Shown here: positions 11,454 through 23,669 of the stretch, piece by piece
Position numbering within the stretch: position 1 is the stretch's first letter
Layout of the letters: each line of letters starts with the position of its first letter
Assembly (NCBI RefSeq): GCF_032191835.1
Contig: NC_083237.1
Span: 10,850,001-10,914,000 of the forward strand
Source: Heteronotia binoei
Taxonomy: Eukaryota
Length of the DNA: 64,000 nt
Reading direction: 5' to 3'
The notes under the pieces: generated by a model
The model's input: only the letters and a program-made list of their open reading frames with translations
What the model was told of the DNA's origin: nothing
The model's database searches: none
Position numbers and translations under genes: made by a program

Positions 11454-12419
11454 TTAAGTCAGCGCTTTTCTTCCGAAGGCTCTCCGTAATGCCTCTTTAA
11501 CTTCCGTGTTCCTGATGGTGTATATGAAAGGGTTTAGCGTTGGGATCACAACAGTGTTTAGCAAAGAGACGGCTTTGTTGAGGCTGAAAGAAGAGCGTGC
11601 AACGCTAGGTCTCAAATAAATGAAAAGGACAGCTCCATAGTATATGCTGACCACAGTCAGGTGAGAGGTACAGGTGGAGAAGGCCTTCTTCTGACCGCTG
11701 GTGGAAGGGATGCGGAGAATGGTGGAGATGATAAAGATATAAGAGATCACTGTCAGGAGTAGAGAGGTCAGTATCACAGCCACAGCCACCAGGAAATTCA
11801 AGGCCTCAATCAACCGCGTTTCTCTCCCCGCGATTTTCAACAGCGGTCCTACGTCGCAGTAGAAATGGTTGATGGTGTCAGAGTCGCAAAAGGGAAGTGT
11901 TGCCACCATTATCACTTGGGAAATGATAGAGAAAAATCCCCCAGCCCAGGAGGCTACTGCAAGCTGAAGGCAGAGACTGGAAGTCATTATGGTGCTATAC
12001 CGCAGGGGCTGGCAGATGGCTAAGTATCTATCGAAGGATATGACAGTCAGGATGAAAAATTCGGTCACGCCGAAAAAGAAGAAATGGAACATCTGCACCA
12101 TGCAGCAGTAGAAGCAGATGGTGGACTTTTCTGAAAGAAGGTTGACTAACATCTTGGGGACAGTAGCAGTGGTGTGCCCCAACCCTAAGCAAGAGAGGTT
12201 GCTAAGGAAGAAGTACATTGGCTTTTGCAGCTGACGGTCAACTCTCACAATCACAATGATGAGACCATTTCCTGCCATTGCCAAAGTGTAGAACACAAGG
12301 ATGACCACAAACAAAACGATATTCATTCCCCCCATGTGTGGGAATCCAAGAAGGATAAACTCTTCCACCCTTGAACAGTTGGCCGAAACCATAACTTGGT
12401 TCTCATGTCCATGAGACAA
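11454..12419 (-). CDS. Olfactory receptor, class II (family 6-like), intact single exon
   Basis: 321-aa ORF (312 aa from the second Met at 12392) with LQKPMYFFL, SFDRYLAICQPLRY, KAFSTCTSH and PTLNPFIYTIRN motifs, and an N-terminal N-glycosylation site (NCS). Confidence 0.96.
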   Translation of the reverse strand: MSHGHENQVMVSANCSRVEEFILLGFPHMGGMNIVLFVVILVFYTLAMAGNGLIIVIVRVDRQLQKPMYFFLSNLSCLGLGHTTATVPKMLVNLLSEKSTICFYCCMVQMFHFFFFGVTEFFILTVISFDRYLAICQPLRYSTIMTSSLCLQLAVASWAGGFFSIISQVIMVATLPFCDSDTINHFYCDVGPLLKIAGRETRLIEALNFLVAVAVILTSLLLTVISYIFIISTILRIPSTSGQKKAFSTCTSHLTVVSIYYGAVLFIYLRPSVARSSFSLNKAVSLLNTVVIPTLNPFIYTIRNTEVKEALRRAFGRKALT

Positions 12420-13569
12420 ATAATGGGAAGATGTCTTTTCTCAAATACATTCAGAAGTTCTATGTACATTCATTATTAATAGTAGGCAACAAAGTATTGT
12501 TGGCTATTTTTTCACTCCCTAAATACTGTTTCTTCTATAGATGAGCTAAAGCAGATAAGGAAAATCCTCCCCTGGGGGTAACCAGCTGGGCTAGATTTGA
12601 CTTTAGATATGTGCTGTATATTGGTACAATCCAACAAATGTGGATTCTCACATGCAAACATTAAAGAAAGCTTTGTATATGTAACACAATAATCTGGAGG
12701 AACCAAGCTGAAAGAGTGGACTATTTGATAGATGGATGAGAAAGAGAGAAGGGATGGTGGTGTGAGAATGGAGAAAAGAAATAAAAGTTTACTCCTAGAA
12801 AAACAACAACAGTATTGCTGTAGACAGATCTAGACTAACAACGTGAGGAAGGAGAGGTTGTACGGGTACCTATGTGGCAAGAAAAACAGAACTAGCTGGT
12901 TAGTTACTGGAAAAGAAATGAAATAATTGTGGAGAACTGAAAAGGTGTAAGTGATCTATGGAGAAAAGAGAAAGCTAATGAAAAACACAAAATCAAAAGA
13001 TTAATACTTAGCAAGCCAGAGAGAATATGTGTTTCTTGGTGTTATCTTTTCTTATTTCTTCGTCAGTTGCAATGGTCGGAGGGGGAAGAAAAAAATAGTA
13101 TACAGTTCTGAAAAGCAAAAACACAATACAGAAGACAATCATGCTAGAAGAACTTGGAGGGAAAAAGGAAGACTCAAAATGAGATGGATTGATTCAGTCA
13201 AGGAAACTTTGGTCTTCAGTTTGTAGGCTATTAAGGAAAAGACAGTTTGGAAGTCATTGGTTGATAGGATTGTCTTGCCAGAAGTGACTCAGTGGAATCT
13301 CACAAACAATAAAAAACACACCTTTTCAGCATCCATAAAGGCTTTTAAAAGTTAAGAGACTGACAGAATAGGTAGGCAGACCGTCCAAGACAAAGGCAGA
13401 TAGACAACATCCACCAATGGCACTTTGAATGATAGGACAATGTAAGATAGGCAGATGAAAGGAGCAGGTGACTGGGAGCTCCAAATTACACTAGGCACCT
13501 GCTACACCAATTCAATATGAAAAGAGTCAAGATGGCTCACAGATGTCCTTATGAGTTCACAGCAGAAAC

Positions 13570-13734
13570 CAGGGGTCGTTTTGTAGAAAAAAATAGGTGG
13601 CAGAGCTCATCCAGGGATTGTTATGCAGCTGCACCTACTATTCAGTGGACAAGGTAGGTGGGAAGGAGGAGGGGGGACCCTCAGAAAGGTTCAAGAGCTG
13701 TAGTCTTGTGAGCTTCTGTTGAAATCAAGACCTG
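13570..13734. mobile_element. MITE-like repeat (caggggtcgttttgtagaaaa family)
   Basis: Homologous to 23012-23171, with partial copies at about 14630-14800, 18600-19040 and 24820-24900. Confidence 0.6.
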
Positions 13735-14326
13735 GTGGATGGAGCAATCAAAATAGGCCAACAGTTTGAGCCCAGGACTGGGAAGCTAAACTAATTTTTA
13801 AATAGAAGCAAACTCAAATTCTGAAGTGGCACATTACTGCAAAATCAAAGCATATGCATTTTTTTTTTCAAAGTACCCTGCAAATCAACCCAGCTTTCTT
13901 CTGCTTAACCAGTGTTTGGCTCTTTCTCTCCCTCTCAGTCTTTAGCAGTGGGTAGAGATTCCTACTGTTTGGTCCTACAAATAAGGACTGATAAAATCAA
14001 ATGAAGAGTAGCAACACCCCCGGGGAGAGATATTATTCTCTGAAGTTTACCTTTCTCTGTGCTGCATAAAGCCTCTCTAGTAATGATTTCATTTTTTCAG
14101 AGTGTTGCAGCTCCCCCTTGTGGTTATGTGCTGAAATTACTGGGGAGGAAAAAAAAAATTCAGCTCATACCTGCAATGTTCATGCGACTCCTGACAGATG
14201 GGCCAGTTAAAGCAGATGCTTTGATTTCTGGGCAAGAAATAATTCTTCTAAAGGGAGTTAAACTGAGAGTATGTGACAGAGCAGGACCATGGCTCTGAAA
14301 GAAAACACCAGTCTTGCATGCAAAAG

Positions 14327-14597
14327 GTCATAGAATCATAGAGTTGGAAGAGACCTTCAGATTTACTTAGTCCAAGCCCCTGCACGATGTAGGAAATTCA
14401 CAACTACCTCCTCCCACACCCACAGTGACCCCTGCTCCATGACCTGAAGATGGCAAAAAAACAAAACCCTCCAGGATCCCTGGTCTGCAGAGAATTGGCA
14501 TTTCCCTGAGCATGTAAAGGGAAGGTCCACGAGAACTAACCACTGATTCAACCCTTTCTGCCCTTCCTCTCATGACCTACCTAAGTTCACAGAGTCA
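14327..14597 (-). mobile_element. CR1 3' end of a different subfamily ((TTCTATGA)n tail)
   Basis: catagaatcatagagttggaagagacc... is the reverse complement of the classic CR1 3' terminus. Confidence 0.7.
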
Positions 14598-15382
14598 GGT
14601 ACCATGTTCATCTCTGGAAGCCACAATCAAAGACAGGCCTCAGATTCAGCAGGAGCTCACAGGAGCGCAGCTCCTAAACCTTTCTGAGGGTTCCCCCTCT
14701 TCCTCCCCACCTCCCTTGTCCATTGAAGAAGAGGTGCAGCTGCATAACAATCCCTGGATTAGGAGAACAGGCAGCTAGCCAGCTAACAGGGGCTTTGCCA
14801 CGCCCCCAGCAGCCCTCATTAACCCCTGGAAAAGCCTGTGCCAACCCAGTCACAAAGCTCTCTAAAACACACATGGAGCTTCCTTATAAAGTATCAGAAC
14901 AGTGATCTGTCAGTCAATGCTGTCAACAAAGACTTAGAGCAGCTCTCCAGGGTCTCAAATGGAAGTTTTTGGTATCACCTACTGCTTCGTTGGTGCTTCT
15001 TCACTTCTTATGTCATTTTGGGCAGCAGGTGGCTTGCTGGCCTTTTGACTGAGGTGAGGGGCAGCCCAGAAGAGCACCAGGCGAGCGAGGCCTGCTTGGG
15101 CTGACTGGATTTCTAGCCAGCCCAAGCAGGCCTCACTTGTCTGGGGCTCTCCTTTCTTGCATGGGGTTGCTTTTGGCTGGGGTGTGTGTGGCATATTCTA
15201 ATGAGTCATGCTAATGAGCTCCGCCATCTCTTCTTCTAAAAAACGACCCCTGGTTAAAGAGCGTGCAGTAGGTGATACCAAAAACTTCAATTTGGGACCC
15301 TGGAGAGCTGCTGCAACTAGTCTTAGTTGACAGTATTGACTGACAGACCACTTCTTTGACACTTTATAAGGAAGCTCCATGT

Positions 15383-15649
15383 GAGCCAGTTTGGTGTAGT
15401 GGTTAAAGACTCTTATCTGGAAGAACTGGGTTTGATTCCCCACTCCTTCACTTGCAGCTGCTGGAATGGCCTTGGGTCAGCCATAGCTCTGGCAAAGGTT
15501 GTCCTTGAAAGGGCAGCTGCTGTGAGAGCCCTCTCAGCCCCATCTACCTCACAGGGTGTCTGATGTAGCGGAAGAAGATATAGGAGATTGTAAGCCGCTC
15601 TGAGTCTCTGATTCAGAGAGAAGGGCGGGGTATAAATCTTCTTCTTCTT
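15383..15649 (+). mobile_element. Full-length tRNA-derived SINE with L2-like 3' end and (TCT)n tail
   Basis: Head gccagtttggtgtagtggttaa...ggtttgattcccc (A/B boxes). The 3' end gaagggcggggtataaat resembles the L2 end at about 57240-57300. Confidence 0.88.
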
Positions 15650-16085
15650 TTAGAGAGCTTTGTGGTAGGGTTGGGATTTAAACTCACATCTCCCAAAATG
15701 TAAAAGAATGTAAAACATAAAAGTAAACTCACATCTCCCAATGAAAAAGAAATAAAATTACAGTGGGTTGTATCCAGTGGGTTGGATCTGGAGCAAATTT
15801 TTTTGCATACACTAGAGCTTTAGCTATCACAATGCAACATTGCAAAAAGCACCACAAGAAAAACAGAGAAACATTTTTTTTTAAATTGATGATGTAATAT
15901 TTCTGTCCAGGTGTGGCTAAACCTGTTGAACGTAAGAGCCACATAGAAAAGAAATCAAATGTTTGAGAGCTGCAAGGCAGGCAGGAAGGAATACAAATAG
16001 ATGGGAAGAGGGAGAGAGAGGTGGAAAGAAAGTAAATTTAATTTTAAATGCACTCGCCAAGCTGCCAGCTGGTTTGGCTTTGAAA

Positions 16086-16880
16086 AGAAGAAGAAGAAGA
16101 TATTGGATTTATATCCCGCCCTCCACTCCGAAGAGTCTCAGAGCGGCTCACAATCTCCTTTCCCTTCCTACCCCACAACAGACACCCTGTGAGGTAGATG
16201 AAGATACTGGCTTTATATCCCGCCCTCCACTCCGAAGAGTCTCAGAGCGGCTCACAATCTCCTTTACCTTCCTCTCCCACAACAGACACCCTGTGAGGTA
16301 GATGAAGATATTGGCTTTATATCCCGCCCTCCACTCTGAAGAGTCTCAGAGCGGCTCACAATCTCCTTTCCCTTCCTTCCCCACAACAGACACCCTGTGA
16401 GGTAGATGAAGATACTGGCTTTATATCCCGCCCTCCACTCCGAAGAGTCTCAGAGCGGCTCACAATCTCCTTTACCTTCCTCTCCCACAACAGACACCCT
16501 GTGAGGTAGATGAAGATACTGGCTTTATATCCCGCCCTCCACTCCGAAGAGTCTCAGAGCGGCTCACAATCTCCTTTACCTTCCTCTCCCACAACAGACA
16601 CCTGTGAGGTAGGTGAAGATATTGGCTTTATATCCCGCCCTCCACTCCGAAGAATCTCAGAGCGGCTCACAATCTCCTTTCTCTTCCTCCCCCACAACAG
16701 ACACCCTGTGAGGTGAGTGGGGCTGAGAGGGCTCTCACAGCAGCTGCCCTTTCAAGGACAACCTCTGCCAGAGCTATGGCTGACCCAAGGGCCATTCCAG
16801 CAGGTGCAAGTGGAGGAGAGGGGAATCAAACCCGGTTCTCCCAGGTAAGAGTCCGCACACTTCACCACTACACCAAACTG
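16086..16880 (-). mobile_element. SINE of the same family whose 3' 104 bp is present in six tandem copies
   Basis: Units start at 16097, 16201, 16305, 16409, 16513 and 16616; SINE body 16715-16880. Confidence 0.92.
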
Positions 16881-17705
16881 ATTTAAAGAGACAAATACCT
16901 CCTCCAAACTGGCCGATGGGGCAGTGAGGGCTTCAAGAGTCACGCAATATGTATGGAAGTGCAGCATGTGTCTCCTGAGCTGCAGTTTGGCCACCCCTGA
17001 CCTTGTCCAACACTCTAACCGGGCTACCAAGGGCCTGAATAGGAAAACCTGGGATGCTTCTGTTGTGTGATCCTTTCCCCCCAGAAGTGGAAAGGGAGAG
17101 AGATCATGTCAGCTACCCCGGTGTTGAAAGAGAGAAATGCTTCCCACCTACTTCTCGACTTTGCTATGTAAGTGCGACGGTGATTGTCCTTTAGCCTGAG
17201 CTACCAAACTTGTGTTTTGTGATGCGGCTGTTGGTTTTGAAAGGGCAGTCCCATGCACAGGATCTGGAGAGCAAAGGAAAGAAACAGCGGGATTAAAGTT
17301 GCTAACTTGATGGGCAGTGGTTCTTTTCTTTCGACGACAATTTTTAAAAAGGCAAAGACTCTGGGCCGTCATGCGCCGATCTCTGCTGCCACCGAGTGGC
17401 CACTTCGGAAACTTTTAAAAAGTGCAAACAAGAATCACAGCCGCTGTCCGCGTTACCAGAATCATCTGCTGTTTGAGATACAAGGAATATCATATTGGAC
17501 TGAAGCCATGGAGCTTCCGTGGCCGTATGTGAGGATTTCTGTCAGCTGCAGCCATGTTGCTAACTTAAAATGGGGATGCCCTCTGATCATTGTAGTTTAA
17601 AACTATATGGAATATATTGCAAGTCTCATACTTCTGACCAGTGTAGTTTAAAACTACATGGAAGATATTGCAAGTCTCATCCTTCAGAACTATATATAAA
17701 CTATC

Positions 17706-18007
17706 AAAGATTTCAGGTTTTCACGGCTGGTAACATCATTAGGGTTTGTAGAATCTTTCGGGCTCAAGTGCCGTGTTCTACTGGAGAAAGTTTTCCTTCC
17801 AGACGTTTCGTTCTCAGCTGCGGAGAACATCCTCAGTGGTGTTGCAGCCGGAGCACTCAATGCACAGCAGCCAAGAAGGTCAGAGCGCCTGCTCCGGCTG
17901 CAGTGCCACTGAGGATGTTCTCTGCAGCTGAGAACAAAACGTCTGGAAGGAAAACTTTCTCCAGTAGAACACGGCACTTGAGCCCGAAAGATTCTACAAA
18001 CCCTAAT
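17706..18007 (-). mobile_element. Fold-back Penelope-like element with about 120-bp inverted arms
   Basis: Arms at about 17738-17856 and 17890-18007; 15-bp TSD TATATATAAACTATC (17691-17705 / 18008-18022). Confidence 0.75.
17799..17839 (-). ncRNA. Minimal type-I hammerhead ribozyme motif
   Basis: Minus strand reads CCA-CUGAGGA-U-GUUCUC-cgcagcu-GAGAAC-GAA-ACGU-C/UGG: catalytic core, 6-bp helix II, palindromic ACGU helix III, GUC cleavage triplet and 3-bp helix I. Confidence 0.7.
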
Positions 18008-19724
18008 TATATATAAACTATCCAAAGTACCACAAATATCATTTCTGCATTCTCAAGACCTGGGGAAGGCTTAAGAAACAGGAAACCTGGATTGACCTCC
18101 TGTTGTCCTGTTATGCTGTCCATCTCATGGCGATGTTCAGAAGTCTGCAGAGGGTTTGCTATGTCTGTGTGAAGAAACGGTAAAATTGCCTTTGTTATTA
18201 TTGTACTTACCTTTTGAGATATCTCAGAATGTAAAGCGATCCTCTTATACAGCAATGTGCTTCATGCGAGAGAATTTATCTGCATATCACGTCATCAATT
18301 TTAAAAATATATGTAGTATCTCTGTTGTTTTTGTGGTGCTTGTTGCAATGTGATAGCTAAAGGTCTAGCGCAAGCAAAAAAAAAAAATCTGCTCCAGATC
18401 CAACCCACTGGCTACGACCCATTGTGATTTTATTTCTTTTACACTGGGTCCTGTTCTCGATATCTGCCTCCTGCCCAAAAAATAAAAATAAGAAAATACT
18501 AGGAGTTTGCAGGTCTAGAAAAGACTAGGAGAAGAGCTGGGAAATTCTAGCCGAGAGTGAACTGGGAGGCTGTTCCGGTGGTTAACGTGACTCTGTTCAG
18601 GCTGAGTTCGTTTTGCAGAAAAAGAGGTGCCAGATCACATCCGCACAACTCATTTGCATAACTCATTTGCATATGCCATCACTGATAGGTGTTACTGGTA
18701 GGTATGCTAAATTGTAACAGCTCAGCATCTACCTCCAAATGCTTCTTGAATTAGAATTGTCATAACAAAACCTTACTCCCATCATACTTTTTAAATTACT
18801 TTCTCCTATGTGGCCACAGTAGCATGATAAAGATTTTCATCTGTCTGCTTCGGATGTTTTGGGTTTTTTCCCATTTTTTGGTGGCGGCGGGGGGGGGGGG
18901 GGATATTAGAAAGTTTGCCAAATCTTAGAGTTCAGCAAAATTCTCTCAGGGGGGCTGAACAATGGAGCCCAGAAGCAATTTTTTTTTGGGGGGGGGAGAG
19001 GTAAGCTCTGCTCCTGTGAGCTCCTACCCAAAATGATGCCTGGATATAGGTGTGCAACTTAAGAAGCCCTAGGCATCTAGGTTGCTTTCCTATACCAGAT
19101 AATTTCAGTGTTGATTGATGTTTTCGATCTGTTGCCGGTACAGTGCCAAGTGAAGACTATTAGAGAATCTCTGCTTCCATTTTAAGCTTTTATTAAAACA
19201 CACCTAGTCAGCAATCTTAACATTGGCTAAATCAACAGAAAATTATACTATCCATCATAGCTACATTGTTATAATTGAAGGAGAGCAATTACATGAATTC
19301 ATAAAAGTCTCTTACCCCAAAGATGTCACAAGCAAAGAACCCCTTCTGGGAAGAAGTTGCTCGTGGTCAACATCCCATATTTATAGGATTTTAAAAATAT
19401 CTCCTAACAATAGCTAACTCTCCCAGTTGATAAGGACACTTGGCTAACTGACTATCCTAAACTTTCAGACAGCATAGAAGTTTATCTGTCTTGGAAATGT
19501 CTTCTTGAAATATATTGGAATCTCATTCTTGCTATTTGTTATGTTAACAAAGTCTATTTTTTTTTAAAAAAAAAATACTGTTTACAAGTTTGGATTGCTT
19601 GCAGCCTGCAGCAAAGCTGCTAGGCTGCTTTAGCAAGATTTGCTCCTCTGGAGAGGGAAGAGCGGATCTTCGGTCCATTTGGGCAGGAATTTGAGGGGGC
19701 GGGGCTTGGCCGCTTCTCCTTGCA

Positions 19725-20370
19725 ATCGTGTTTTCAATCGGCCCTCCCGCCCGCCCTGTTTTTTTATGTAAGCAATTGCTGGTCGTCTCTGTTGAGAGGC
19801 CAGGTAGGAATTTTTTGTTCCCCAGCTGATTGGCTGTTACAGGGGTGTGTTTTTCGCCTACCCTACATAGCAAAGCAGTGGATTGTGGAATTGGCTATCG
19901 GAAGGTGCGGTTTAGGAATTGGTCACTTTGGTTTGGCAGGTTTTACTGGGTTTGGGTACTTTGTGGCTAGGGGAGGACCATGAAGCAACCCCCCCCCTTT
20001 TGGGGAGTCTTGGGGTCTGGCATAAGCAACCTGGGGGTTTGATGACCCGGGTTGGGGAAAATGCAGACTGTCCTGGAGGCTCGACTAAAGGGTCCCTTCC
20101 ATTGAGACGTGCATCTGATGGTTGGGCCCTCTGGGGCGGGCCTCCCTGCTGGGTTGGCCTGGCGGAAGCTGTGTCTCACAGCTCTGGCTGGGGGCTGGGT
20201 CTCTCGTGCGTGAATGGCAGGGGAGCGGTCTGTTGAGACCCCTAGCCCTGGCCAAGCCGTGCTTTTGGGTGCCCTTGCCATTGTGTTTATTATGATTAAT
20301 AAAGTGGGCCTTAGTTATACCAAAACCTTGTGTCTGACTCTTCATTGCGATCTTGGGGGGGGGGGGCAAA
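19725..20370 (+). mobile_element. LTR-like or DIRS/Ngaro-like repeat
   Basis: CpG-rich block homologous to the reverse complement of 50040-50805, ending aataaagtgg...tgtctg...(G)n-caa. No TSD seen; superfamily uncertain. Confidence 0.5.
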
Positions 20371-20760
20371 TGAATATCTTTTGACCCTTAGCCAGTACAT
20401 TCCATCATTGAACTGTATCTTTATTTCCGTGAGGCTGAATACCCTTACCATATTCAGTTATTATTCACAAGAGCCTCAAGACAGTATATCTATCAATATG
20501 GTTTGGGCACCTTTTAATCTATGCAAGGCCATATAATTGTGTTACTACTTTGTTTCTTGTTCCTTCTCCAATGCTATTCTTCTCCGGGTGGCTAAATTCC
20601 CTTTCTTTGCATGTTTAGCTGGAAGGTCAAGATAATTGTTTCTGTGTACAGAAATACCTCCTATAATTTTATTTGGCCAAGCCAATAACTGTCTTCTTAT
20701 GTTCCCAGCTATATCCATAATACTTAGCCAGACTTTCAGGACTGCATACTAATTTAAATG

Positions 20761-21273
20761 AAGAAGAAGAAGAGGAGAAGGAGACTGGATTTATACCCTG
20801 CTTACAAATCTCCTTTCCCTTCCTCTCTCCAAAATAAACACCCTGTGAGCAATGTTCCCCTTAAGCCATGGAGTCTTGTGAGCAAGAATTGTACTTTGTT
20901 AACTACTGATATTAAAGCTGTGAGCTGCTGGCATTAAAATTGTGAGCTACTGCATCAATTAGTTTGCTCTGGGGCTATTTTTTTCCTGAGCTAAGACAAA
21001 AATGTGTGAGCCGGAGGCCAAAAATCTGTGAGCTAGATCACACTAACTCAACTTAGTGGGAACACTGCCTGTGAGGTAGGTGGGGCTGAGAGAGCTCTCC
21101 CAGAACTGCTCTTGAGCGGAACAGCCTTGAGAGAATTTGTAGCTGGCCCAAAGTTACATCAGCAGGTGCATGTGGAGGAGTGGGGAATCAAACCCAGTTC
21201 TCCCAGATAAGAGTCCGCACACTTAACTGCAGCAACCAAACTGACTCTCGCCACCACTACATCAAACTGACTA
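20761..21273 (-). mobile_element. (GAA)n-tailed SINE split by a hAT MITE
   Basis: SINE halves at 20761-20849 and 21068-21273. Confidence 0.85.
20850..21067. mobile_element. hAT-type MITE (gttccctctaag family) nested in a SINE
   Basis: TIRs caatgttcccc / gggaacactg with 8-bp TSD CCTGTGAG. Confidence 0.9.
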
Positions 21274-21322
21274 TATAGGTCTATTTTAGCCTGTGCTCTT
21301 GGTTTGATTCTCCTTTCCTTCT

Positions 21323-22273
21323 TCATGAGACACTCTGCATTTTATTAAATACTATTTTACAGTCAAAAGCATTCTTTAAAGCATTTTGGACCTGCTTATT
21401 CCTCAGACTGTAAACAAATGGGGTCATAAGAGGACACACCACATTATTGAGAACAGCCACGGCTTTGTTGAAATCTTGCCCATCCTCCTGCAGTGGCTTG
21501 ACATACATAGATATGCAGCTGCCGTAGGTGATAGAGACTACGGTGATGTGGGCAGCACAGGTGGAAAAGGCCTTCTGTCTACTGGCAGCCGTTGGGATGC
21601 GGAGAACGGTGGAGATAATCTTCATGTAAAAGACAACGGTGACCGCTAAAGTCCCAAGCAGAGAAAACACAGCAGAAATGAAGCTGATGAGGTCCAGGAT
21701 CCTTGTATCTCCGCAGAGGAGTTTGTGTAGAGGGCTGGTGTCACAGAAGAAATGGTTAATGACATTTGAGCCACAAAAGGGAAACTGAAGGAAGTGCATG
21801 GTTTGACCAAAGACCAGGGTAAAGCCCCCTATCCAAGATAACACCACCAGCAGTGTGCAGAAATGGTCATTCATGATGGCGGTGTACCGCAGAGGGTGGC
21901 AGATGGCCACGTAGCGATCAAAGGACATCACCGTCAGCAGGAAGAAATCAGTGGTGCCCAAAAAGAAGTACAGAAAGGATTGGCTCACACAACCAGCGTA
22001 AGAGATGGTTTTCCTGCCGGATGCCAGGTTGATCAAGGTTGTCGGAATGACAGCGCTGGTGTACCCGATTTCCAAAATAGCATAATGTCTGAGGAAGAAG
22101 TACATGGGGGTTCGGAGGTGGAAATCCATCAGGGTGATGATGATAATAAGCAGGTTTCCTGTTACAGTCATGAAGTACATGATGAAGAAAAGCGCGAAGA
22201 GAAAGATCTCTAGGTTGTGGCTCTCAGTGAATCCGAGTAGTACGAACTCCTTGATCTTGGTCTGGTTCTTCAT
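21323..22273 (-). CDS. Olfactory receptor, class II (family 6-like), intact single exon
   Basis: 316-aa ORF with N-terminal NQT, LRTPMYFFL, MSFDRYVAICHPLRY, KAFSTCAAH and PLMTPFVYSLRN. Confidence 0.96.
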   Translation of the reverse strand: MKNQTKIKEFVLLGFTESHNLEIFLFALFFIMYFMTVTGNLLIIIITLMDFHLRTPMYFFLRHYAILEIGYTSAVIPTTLINLASGRKTISYAGCVSQSFLYFFLGTTDFFLLTVMSFDRYVAICHPLRYTAIMNDHFCTLLVVLSWIGGFTLVFGQTMHFLQFPFCGSNVINHFFCDTSPLHKLLCGDTRILDLISFISAVFSLLGTLAVTVVFYMKIISTVLRIPTAASRQKAFSTCAAHITVVSITYGSCISMYVKPLQEDGQDFNKAVAVLNNVVCPLMTPFVYSLRNKQVQNALKNAFDCKIVFNKMQSVS

Positions 22274-22449
22274 GGTGTCTTTATTAGCAATAAACTGTGG
22301 GGTGGAGGGGGGTGGGGGTGGAATGGGAAAGCATCAGTCCTTCAGAGCCATAACAATAGTACCTCTGGCCGAACCCATAAACCATCTTGATTAACATTCA
22401 GAATTTCAGTGATATGTTTCTGGGAATAATACCAGGAAGCAGGACTGGA

Positions 22450-22621
22450 TTTATGTGTTTGAGGGGGAGGGGGCAAAATTAAAAAATGGCACCCCCTTAT
22501 GTACCATTCTACCTTATGGTCCCATAGAATACAATGGACTCCATACCCAATCTGGTGCCCCCCCGTTGGTGCCCGGGGCAAGCAACCCCCTCTGCCCCCC
22601 CCCCCCCAGATCTGGCCCTGC
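22450..22621. mobile_element. Partial MITE-like repeat
   Basis: Homologous to about 49135-49288 (ggggcaaaattaaaaaat...ccagatc[t/c]ggccctg). Confidence 0.55.
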
Positions 22622-23011
22622 CAGGAAGGCATCCAGTGTCTACATTATAATCCCCTAACCATCGGTGCTCATGAATCAGAAACATAATATGTATATGGAG
22701 GTTTCATATTATACATATATTATAATATATATATGTATATGGAGGTTACAGTTGGGTATCATGGCATATGTCCTTTGATAGGCTTGTCCTCCAGAAATTC
22801 ACCTAATCCTCTTTGCTGGTCTTACAACTGCAAATTCTGTAAGTCAATTCAAAAAAAAAAACAACCTCATATGCACATAGCAGGTGCCATAAATGCTTGA
22901 TGTGAAAAAGAGCACGAGGCTTTTAAACAGTTCAACAGTAACTACAACACGCTACACGAAATGCTGTAACTTTATGATACAGACAATACATTGCATGTTA
23001 GTTTGCAGCTG

Positions 23012-23171
23012 TGGGGTCGTTTTGTAGAAAAATAGGCGGTGGATCTCATCCAGGGATTGTTATGCAGCTGCACCTTGAATTGAATGGACAAGGTGGGGAG
23101 GAGGAGGAGGGGGAACTGTCAGAAAGGTTCAGGAGCTGTGCTCCTGTGAGCTCCTGCTGAATTCAAGGCTG
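23012..23171. mobile_element. MITE-like repeat (ggggtcgttttgtagaaaa family)
   Basis: Homologous to 13570-13734. Confidence 0.6.
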
Positions 23172-23314
23172 TTGCATATTTGTTATTGTCCTAAACAGGG
23201 TTACGCCCTTCTAATTCCCCTGAAGTCTGTACATTGATTATTTAGTATTTGAAGTCACATGAACCTGTCTGAGTCCAACAGTCCACCAAGGTCATTTGTT
23301 ACCCAATCCTTTTT

Positions 23315-23587
23315 AGAAGAAGATATTGGATTTATACTCTGCCCTTCACTCTGAATCTCAGAGTATCAGAACAGCTCACACTCTCCTTGATCTTCCTCTC
23401 CCACAACCAACTCACCCTGTGAGGTAGGTGGGACTGAGAGAGCTCTCAGAAAAGTTTCCCTTTCAAGGACAGCTCTGCAAAAGCTATGGCTGACCCAAGG
23501 CCCTTCCAGCAGCTGCAAGTGGAGGAGTGGGGAATCAACCCCCCCCCCCACACACACACACATGTAGCCACTACACCAAACTGACTC
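23315..23587 (-). mobile_element. tRNA-derived SINE ((GAA)n-tailed family)
   Basis: Reverse complement of the 15383-15649 family. Confidence 0.85.
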
Positions 23588-23669
23588 TGGAGATGCTGGG
23601 GATCGAACCAGGAATTTTCTGCATTTTCATCATCTGCTCAGCCACTGAGCCTTGGCTCCTCCCTGGCTG

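Noticed and set aside
15383-15450. tRNA genes (this and other A/B-box sequences)
   Set aside because: All continue into SINE bodies and lack a complete cloverleaf.
15906-16999. A single large MITE enclosing the six-tailed SINE
   Set aside because: The ends resemble hAT TIRs, but the flanks (tttctgtc versus accttgtc) do not form a convincing TSD.
17581-17690. 51-bp tandem duplication beside the Penelope-like insert
   Set aside because: The two units are diverged, so they are older than the insertion with its perfect TSD; no link evident.
17570-18025. Mirror-image ORFs of 148 and 111 aa on both strands
   Set aside because: An artefact of the long inverted repeat; no recognisable protein family.
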